Source: Diplonema japonicum (lineage: Eukaryota; Protista; Euglenozoa: Diplonemea). Taken from it: a DNA stretch of 64,000 nucleotides. Within the stretch, counting starts at the first letter, position 1. Each line of letters starts with the position of its first letter. The translations under genes were made by a program, and so were the position numbers. The DNA lies in the NCBI GenBank assembly GCA_964019335.1, contig OZ025667.1:62001-126000 (forward strand). The letters are read 5' to 3'. Below the pieces are notes generated by a model that was not told where the DNA came from, searched no databases, and saw only the letters and a list, made by a program, of their open reading frames with translations. Shown here one piece after another: positions 56,116 to 64,000 of this stretch.

Positions 56116-58470
56116 ATGATACGCAAGCAGCATGAAGTTGATGAGTTTGAAGCTCTGAACGATGCGCGTCTTGCGGCACGAGCCACTGTCGAGGTTAGCG
56201 AGAGGACCAAACTCTTGGAGCGAAGACTGGCCCAGGTGGAGGCGATGATGCAAAAGCGCCCCGTGGTGGAGGACCTGATCGTGCAGGTAGGTGAACTCAA
56301 GCAAGCTGATGCGGAGATGTTGCGCAACGTGCACGGAGGACTCACAGCTGGCACCCATGCGGTGCCCCTTGGGGAGGACTTCGTGCCTAAGAAGGCTAGC
56401 GACACGCTAATCGGGTACTCTGGGAAGCTGGTCGGTGACGATATGTCAGTGGAGATCCTCACGCTGGAAGAAGCCAAAGCTACGTGCATAGCCACGGAGC
56501 GGTGCCTGGGCTTCACCATGTCCAAGAACGGGAGCATCGCAGTGGCGTCCACAATGTTCTTCAAAGACTCGTGGAACCTAGTGCCAGATCCTAACTGGAT
56601 TTCCTTTGCGCGAGGCAACATAGCCTGTGGTTGCGGCGAGACGTACTGCGCACCTGGGTCTAGACTGTGGAGCTGCTGCGGTTGCCGCGATGAATTCGGT
56701 ATTTGCACCACGTCAGCACACGGTGCACACTGGGGGCAATACAAGCTCCACAGCTTTGACGGGTCTGGGTGCGGTGGCAGGGCCTTTGTATCAGAGAACT
56801 CGCCCTTGGAACCGCAAGAAGTGTCGTACCAGCCCCGCCACTCGGGTAGTGTCGTGCACTCAGGTGGTCCCAGTGGCATGGAACAAAACCCTTTCAACCC
56901 ATCCATCCAGCATTCTATCGAAGAAGCCGTCCGGCAAGAGATCCCAAGCAGCGTGATCATAGAAGCCCCTCCCGACGAGGAGATATCTCCGCCATCCGCC
57001 TACACCCTCCACAGCATCATGGAACCACCCGAGGTGTCCGCTCCTCTGCCCTCCGAGCCTGCTGGCACACCAGAGGCCATACCTCAAACACCGGAAGCCA
57101 CGCAGCAACCCTCTATTCCTTTACAACAGGAGCCCTCAATGCCTGTCGTGCACTCGATGCCGTCTGCAGCCCCCCAAAACACGGCTGTCGACAGGGAATG
57201 GCAGCACAACCTCAGTCAGGCGCTACGTCTTAATCAAGACCATGGTGCTTCTCAGGCCGCCGCTGCTCATTTGGTATTCCCGGAAATTGTGTCCACACCC
57301 CCGCCCGCTGAGTACCTGCCCGCCCCCAGCCCCAGCCCCAGCCCCAGAAAGATGCCATCGCCTGACAGAACATTATGGAAAGGCGGTAGTGCTGGTGCTG
57401 AGAAGTTTTGGAAAGCGCGAGCAGAGCGTGGTGCTGGTGCGGGTGCCACCGGTGCCTACACACCTCTGACATCGCACGACAAGCTCACCTCACGTCTGTG
57501 GAAGGAGCTGGATGCTGCTGGCGTTGATACAAGAACGTTGGCGGCGAACCTGGCAGAGGAGATGGCCACTGAAGACAACACACAAGAAGAGCTCTTTGGC
57601 AATCAGCAGCAGCAGCAGCTCTTAGATCCGCCTGTGGTAGAGGCAACCCTGCCGGAAGAAGGCACGGCAGACCAGACTATCATGTACCAGCTGCAGAACT
57701 TACAAAACCAAATGGCGACGCTTGCGAACGCTGTGACAACACGGCAGGGCTCGCGGCCGCGCGAAGGGTTCAGGGAGTCGACAGTGTCAACTTCAATGCC
57801 CCCGACGCCGCCGAGGATGGGACACTCAACAAGGGAGAGGTCACCTGCGATCCGTATTGTCCTGCGGGACGGGCGGGGGACTAGGAGCAAGGAAGAGTTT
57901 GCTGATGACGTGTGCGGAGCGTTGTTGCTCCCTTTCGGCAGCGTTGTAGGGATGGAGGCAGGACTAGGGTGCGACCAGAAATTATATTTTACAAGCCCAA
58001 GCGCGAGACATGCAGGGAAGCTGGCGACGACGTTTGTGCAAAAGTGCAACGCGCCGCAGAAAGAGCAATGCATTGCGGTGTTAGGGATTCTTAGCGCTGT
58101 AGAAGAGGGTACTCAGCTGTCGAGGAGAAGGCCGCGGGCAGCTGTCCCACCCGCCCCTGTGGAGGCACATACTTCAGCAGCGGATGACAACAACATCTAC
58201 TCAACTGGCAGCATAGGACACACTGTTGGCATGGGGGCTGGAAGCATAGGACACACAGCTACACCTCAAGCACTGCACCCCACCAATACGCCTGTGGTGC
58301 TGCCTCCCGACCCTGCCGCACCCGACTCTGTCTTCGGCAGCACCTCCGCTCCTGCCCCTTATTTCCCCAAAACAAGCTTTGCACCGCATGCTTCAACGCA
58401 CCTCAGCCAAGCTCGGTCCTTGCTCGACAACTGGGGCTCCGCAAATCCCAAGGTTTCGACAACTATGTAA
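56116..58470 (+). CDS. Large Pro-rich hypothetical protein with coiled coil, PAN-like and Cys-rich segments
   Basis: Long open frame; LTLEEAKATC.....CLGFT and CGC...C.....WSCCGC. ATG 56116 follows a pyrimidine tract, CTGAC and CAG. Confidence 0.7.
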   Translation: MIRKQHEVDEFEALNDARLAARATVEVSERTKLLERRLAQVEAMMQKRPVVEDLIVQVGELKQADAEMLRNVHGGLTAGTHAVPLGEDFVPKKASDTLIGYSGKLVGDDMSVEILTLEEAKATCIATERCLGFTMSKNGSIAVASTMFFKDSWNLVPDPNWISFARGNIACGCGETYCAPGSRLWSCCGCRDEFGICTTSAHGAHWGQYKLHSFDGSGCGGRAFVSENSPLEPQEVSYQPRHSGSVVHSGGPSGMEQNPFNPSIQHSIEEAVRQEIPSSVIIEAPPDEEISPPSAYTLHSIMEPPEVSAPLPSEPAGTPEAIPQTPEATQQPSIPLQQEPSMPVVHSMPSAAPQNTAVDREWQHNLSQALRLNQDHGASQAAAAHLVFPEIVSTPPPAEYLPAPSPSPSPRKMPSPDRTLWKGGSAGAEKFWKARAERGAGAGATGAYTPLTSHDKLTSRLWKELDAAGVDTRTLAANLAEEMATEDNTQEELFGNQQQQQLLDPPVVEATLPEEGTADQTIMYQLQNLQNQMATLANAVTTRQGSRPREGFRESTVSTSMPPTPPRMGHSTRERSPAIRIVLRDGRGTRSKEEFADDVCGALLLPFGSVVGMEAGLGCDQKLYFTSPSARHAGKLATTFVQKCNAPQKEQCIAVLGILSAVEEGTQLSRRRPRAAVPPAPVEAHTSAADDNNIYSTGSIGHTVGMGAGSIGHTATPQALHPTNTPVVLPPDPAAPDSVFGSTSAPAPYFPKTSFAPHASTHLSQARSLLDNWGSANPKVSTTM

Positions 58471-58770
58471 GGTTAGATTCGTTGTTGATTAACCACCCTC
58501 CCCTTTCCCCTGTTGCTTATTTTGTACCCTTTTTTTTTACAGTTTTTTTTACTTCTTTTTTCTGCCTCCTTCACCGTCTTTTTACATCTGTTCGATTCGC
58601 TTGCCTGCGGCCTGTCGTGTATGCCGCCTGAAGAACGTAAACTGTTCCTGTGACCGCCTGTTTAGGTTTAACAAAGGGTGGGCACAATACTAACCTAACG
58701 CCGGGTGCATACCCTTACAGTTTTAACCTTTTCGTCCACTACCTTCGATTCAGGGGGAACCCGAAATAAA

Positions 58771-60871
58771 ATGAACCAAGCAACACGCAGCAGCCTGAGG
58801 GCTGCAAGCAGAAGGTTCATGGCCCGCGAGTTCAGCCTGAACTTCGGAACAGTGGGGTTCGATGTGGGACCGAGCGAAGCGATAGGGTACTTTGCGTTGG
58901 GGGAGGAAGCGGGGAAGAAAGAAATGGCGAAGCAGGACAAGCCCAACGTGTACGTACAGGATACCTCTGAAACGTCGAAGCTGCTTCACGAGCTGCTGAA
59001 GACCTACTGGGGGTTCGACTCCTTCAAGGCAGGCCAGTTCGAGGTTATCCAGCATGTGCTGAAGGGGAGCGACGTGTTGGCAGTCATGCCAACAGGACAT
59101 GGAAAATCTTTGTTGTACCAGCTCCCACCCTTGGTCATGGGAAAGCCTACACTTGTGATCAGCCCTCTCGTTGCCTTGATGGAGGAACAGGTTACCAGCC
59201 TCAAGCAGAAGGGGATCAGCGCGGCATACTCTGGGAAAGGTGACGCTTACGGACAGGATTGGGACTCTCTTGACATTCTATTTATGTCACCCGAGGCGCT
59301 TACCAAGCAGATTGCCAGACTGGCGTACACCGACTTCGGTCTGATCGCGATCGACGAAGCGCACTGCGTCAGCGAGTGGGGGATGCAGTTCCGTCCGAAG
59401 TACAGGGAAATAGCCGTGCTGAGGGAGACGCATCCGCACGTACCCATGCTCGCCATCACCGCCACAGCCACCCCTAACGTCCTCAAGGATGTCACAGAGA
59501 CGCTCTCCTTGAAACCCAAGATCGTCACGCACTCCTTTAATCGCCCGAACCTCCACTACTCCGTCCTCCCACTCGACCGCACCACTCGTGACCGTGTCAT
59601 GTCCATTGTCAAGGAAGAGTCGTGCAGCATCATATACTGTATGACGATCAAGCAATGCGAGTCCATCCACCAACACCTCCTGAAGAGGGGCATCCCCGTC
59701 GCATTGTATCACGGCGAGCTCGACATGCCCACCAGGATGGCCAACCAGCGGGCATTTATGAGGGAGGACGTGAAGTGCATTGTGTGCACCGTTGCCTTCG
59801 GGATGGGTATCGACAAGCCGAACGTCAGGCACGTGATCCACATGGGGCATTGCAAGTCGCTCACTGACTACTACCAGCAGACAGGGAGGGCAGGGAGGGA
59901 CGGAGCACGGTCGAGGTGCACCATGTTTATCTCTGTTCCAGAAGTTGTCTCTAAGAGTTCCTTCCTGTTGGAGGGGTTGACAAAAACACATACCGAGTCG
60001 GTGCTGGGGGACATCACTGCATTGATCGACTACTCGGAAGCTGAGAAACACGTATGCCGCAGAGAACCGCTGCTTGGACACTTTGATGAAAACTACACCA
60101 AGCCTGCGGGTGGGTGCGGTGCCTGCGACAACTGCGACGCAGGAAACATGAACTTCAGCAAAGTGAACATCACACACATAGCAAACGACCTGCTCCGCAT
60201 GGTGATGAGGATACAGTTCGTCACAAGCTTCGATAAACTGGTGGCCACGTACATGGGCGACAAGAAGGGGTACTCTGCAAACCCGTACTTCAAGAGGGGC
60301 AAGGAGTACACCAGACGGCACGTTGAGGCCGTCCTGCACCAGCTTCGAGTCGACGGGTACCTAGAGAGAAACCTCCTGCAAATGGTCAAGAGAAGCCAAT
60401 TGTGGTTGTCCATTGGCATCACGAAAAAGGGCAGGGAATTCGTGGTCAACAGGAAGAAGTACAAGGAAATGATTGTCGAGCAACCCACGTACTTGCTCCT
60501 CGAGACCATGAAGATGCATAAAGAGCAGAATGCCTTGCTTCTAGACGAGCAGAGAAAGCAGGAAAGAAGCAGGTTCGCAGAGCATATTGGCGGCTTGATG
60601 AACTACCCTCTATGGGAACAGCTTGTCTTGCTGCGGAAGCAGAACAGCGACAAGCACGATATGAGCCCGAACGAGCTTCTTCCTGACATGGCGCTCATGT
60701 CCATGTGCCGTATCTTGCCCTCTAGTGCTGAGTCATTCGAAGCGGTGGAGCAAGTGCCTAAGGCTTTCTGGGAAATCCCTGATAAGGAGCTGTCCACCGT
60801 CTTCATATCCTGCATCGTGCACTTCTGCAAAGAAATGGGATATCCCACAGATCGGGTATGGGTGGAGGGGG

Positions 60872-60912
<41 letters not shown>

Positions 60913-61047
60913 ACATAGATTCCGGTTGATGTTGAAGACGACGAAACATGGGCAGAGGAGATTTACAAGGAAGCCGCTGTTCATGAGGGGATGGCTGTGC
61001 ATGAAGAGATCGCGGCTCACGATGAGATAAAACTTTCTCAGATTTGA
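58771..61047 (+). CDS. RECQ: RecQ-family DNA helicase with RQC and HRDC domains; intron 60856-60918
   Basis: MPTGHGKSL.YQLP, VISPL.ALM, IDEAHCVSEWG..FRP.Y, TATAT, FNRPNL, TVAFGMGIDKPNVR, YYQ..GRAGRDG, CRR..LL.HF, C..CDNC. Confidence 0.93.
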
Positions 61048-61571
61048 GAAGGAATCTGTAGTACCCAGTGAATAGAAATGTAGAAAAGTGCTTTTTTTAG
61101 AGCAGTTATTATTTATTTTTTACTCTTTTTTTTTTTTTTTTAGATTTATTGTCTATCTCCTTCCCCCTCCTGGAGACTGATTTTCTTTTTTTTTTAGATT
61201 TTTTTTTTTTTTTTTTTTTTACCACTATTCCCGTAAAAAAATACATTTTGTTGGAGCTGAAAGCCGACAAAAAGAATGGGAGGTGTCGGAATTCTTCCAA
61301 GAGAAAAAAGAAAAAGAATTTGACACCCTTCCAAAAGGAAGAACAGCAACGAACAAAAAAAAGAGAAGAAAAAGTGTGCATCAAAGACACTCTTGTTTTT
61401 TTTTTGTTTTTGTTTTTGTTTTTTATTGCCTGTGTTTTCGTTGGTTCCTCACAGTGATTTATTTTCCCTCTTTTTTTTTTCTTCCCCTTTCTTTCCCTTT
61501 TTTCGTTCTTTTTCTTTTTTTAAAAAGAAAACTCTACCGTTCATCTCTTAGAATCAAATCTCGTTTATTAC

Positions 61572-61608
<37 letters not shown>

Positions 61609-61676
61609 GCTGTTTAACACCAAAAATAAAAGTTTAAAAAAAGGAATTTAGAAGAAAAAAAAAAAAAAAAAAAAGA

Positions 61677-61987
61677 ATGACAGCGATTCCTGATGTAAAC
61701 TGTGAAGAAGTGGTCTTCAAGGACATGGATGGTGACGAGTTTAAGTTCACCTTGACTGATTCTGGTAAAATGTGCTACTGGCTGAACGGCCAGCGCCGCC
61801 CGGAATTTTCTGAGCTGAGCTGGCAGCCGGCCATGGGGGTTCCTGGTATTGCTCTTCCTGACATTAACAAGGGTTTCCCCATTCCACGAAAACAAACACC
61901 TGAAATTCTTGGAAAATTGAGATTCTTGAGTAAGCAAGCTAAGGCCTCAATGAACGTTAACATACCTGAAGTAGTATGTGGGGGAAG

Positions 61988-62022
<35 letters not shown>

Positions 62023-62105
62023 AGATAGTCATCCCGGAGGGCGACCGTCCTGGAATTGATAATGCCATTGCCGAAAAAATGCTGTCTGCGCGTGCAAACC
62101 AGTGA
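61677..62105 (+). CDS. Hypothetical 125-aa protein; intron 61974-62024
   Basis: Complex-sequence ORF. A GTATGT...CTAG intron joins it in frame to IVIPEGDRPGIDNAIAEKMLSARANQ*. Confidence 0.7.
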
Positions 62106-62824
62106 GCAGAAAAAAAGTTGGGGGGTGAGAAAAAAAAGGGAAAAAAATTAGATTCTGTTCCCCCCCCCCCCCCCCCTCCCTTTCTTTAAGAATTGATAGA
62201 GTCCCCCCCCCCCTCCCCTTTTTTTATATTATTTATAACTTACTACTTTTGAAAATACGGTAATTAGAAATATTCATACTTCCCCCCTTTTCTTTGAAAT
62301 TGGGTGCCTCTCGCCTGAAAGAGGGCAGCATCCCGAAGAGTCGAGAGATGTGTCTGAGAGCTACCTTGACCTTCGTGGGGGGGGGGGGGGGGGGGGGGGG
62401 CTCCCAGCAAAAGAAGAGCAATGATGTGCCCGCCTAATCATTGTCCGCATCTTCATCTGATGGAAGCAAATATACTACAAATGTGGCACTTATTATATTT
62501 TTTTCATTTTTTTTTTTGCCACCCTCCCCCAAAAAAAACTAAAGATATTTTTTAATTTTTTTATGTTCCTTTTTTTTCTTGGCCGTTCCTTCCCCCCCCC
62601 TTTTTTTTAAAGTCATTTTAGCACGGGGAAAAAAAAAACCAACAGAAACAGAGCAACCCCCCTTTTTGTGATACGACCTCCGTCCAGCTAAAAGTGATAC
62701 CTTAGTGGTATTTCCCCCCCCCCCTTTTTTTTCCCCATAGTCTGTTATTTTCTCAAAAAAAAAAAAAAAAGAGGGAGGGGGCATCCGAGGGAGAAAAAAA
62801 AAAAGGGGGGAAAAAGAAAAAAAA

Positions 62825-64000
62825 ATGGGAAAGGTGGTGGTAAACGACAACGGGTCGGGTTTCGTGAAATGCGGGTTCGCCGGAAGCAACTTCCCCACAG
62901 AGAGGTTCCCCGCGATAGTGGGCAGGCCGACTCTGAGGAGTGATGAATTCACCTCTGCGAAGATTAAAGATATCATGGTGGGCCACGAGTGCATGGAGCA
63001 CAGAGCTGCCCTAAATGTCACCTATCCTCTTCAGAACGGTATTGTAAGAAACTGGGAGGACATGGAACACATCTGGGACTACACATGGAGTGAACTGAAC
63101 ATCGACCCCAGTGAGTGCAAGGTGATGCTGACGGAGGCACCCATGAACCCCCACTCCAACCGGATGAAGACCTTTGAGATCATGTTTGAAAAATACGGCT
63201 TCGAGTCCGCCTTCATGTCTATCCAGGCCGTCCTCGTCTTGTATGCACAAGGGCTTCTCAGTGGGTGTGTTGTCGATGCCGGTGACGGTGTTACCCACGT
63301 CATCCCGATCTATGAAGGACACTACGCACCCCAGTCCAGCACGGAAGCAAACGTGAAAAGGCTCGACCTTGCGGGGCACGCGCTTACGGAAAGAATGCTT
63401 GAATTGCTACAAAGGAGAGGTATGTGTGGGGAGGGGGGGAAAAACAAAAACTATAGGTTACGCGTTGAACAAGACAGCTGACTTCGACACGGTCCGTCAG
63501 GTGAAGGAAAAATTCTGCTACGTGGCGGTGGACTTCGCGTTAGAGAAGAAGCTTGCGATGGAGACAACGGTGCTGGAGAAGGAGTGTCAGGTTTGGGGGA
63601 AAACAAAAAAAAAAAAAAACACAGCTCCCCGATGGAAGGTCGATCAAGCTCGGGCCAGAACGTTTTGAGGCTGCCGAGGCTCTCTTCCGCCCTGAGCTCA
63701 TGGGCATTGATTCCCGTGCTGGTGGTATTGCCCAGATGACATTCGACTGCATCAACAACTCGACAAGAGATGTCCAGTCGGAACTCTTCAAGCACGTGGT
63801 GCTCTCTGGCGGGACGACCATGTTGCCAGGGCTGCCTTCCCGTCTTGAAAAGGAAATGAAAGATCAGTTCATAAAGGTCAAGCTTGGTGGCGACAAGAAC
63901 CGCGGGGTATATACTTTTGAAAGGGGGAAACAAAAGCCAACAACACACATACACATAACAGAAAGTCCGTATCAGGGTAGAGGCACCCCCCCGTAGGAAA
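62825..64000 (+). CDS. ARP2: Actin-related protein 2, truncated by window end; introns 63420-63456, 63591-63624, 63907-63961
   Basis: [72 protein letters not shown] (ARP2-type signatures). Confidence 0.93.

Overview
Eukaryotic nuclear DNA, most likely from a euglenozoan of diplomenid/diplonemid type. This is inferred from about 30 protein genes all on the + strand (polycistronic-style layout) and an 18S rRNA fragment carrying the GCCAGCACCCGCGG variant. Intergenic DNA is dominated by poly-A/T/G/C runs, so most short poly-K/poly-F ORFs in the track are artefacts. Recognisable genes include a COMM-domain protein, NOMO, DnaJ+Zn-finger, SIRT4-class sirtuin, a cathepsin L-like protease with a three-repeat N-terminal extension, neuferricin, nitronate monooxygenase, an LVIVD-repeat protein, ISWI with an inserted RRM-like segment, CHMP2, an AGC kinase, kinesin-3, SAH hydrolase, CTD phosphatase, a tGLP1-like glycoprotein, RecQ and ARP2. 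I resolved 19 tiny GT-AG introns (32-63 nt), many purine/poly-A rich and biased to gene 3' ends. The most striking observation is two diverged copies (about 6035-6775 and 9672-10246) of a non-coding element. Each has a ~135-nt strand-specific hairpin (GCA triloop, two conserved tandem G.A mismatches, covaried stems), an asymmetric inverted repeat and iteron-like repeats. Also present are a Mutator-like relic with repeat-built TIRs, an antisense OTU-like relic and an internally deleted 18S rDNA fragment.
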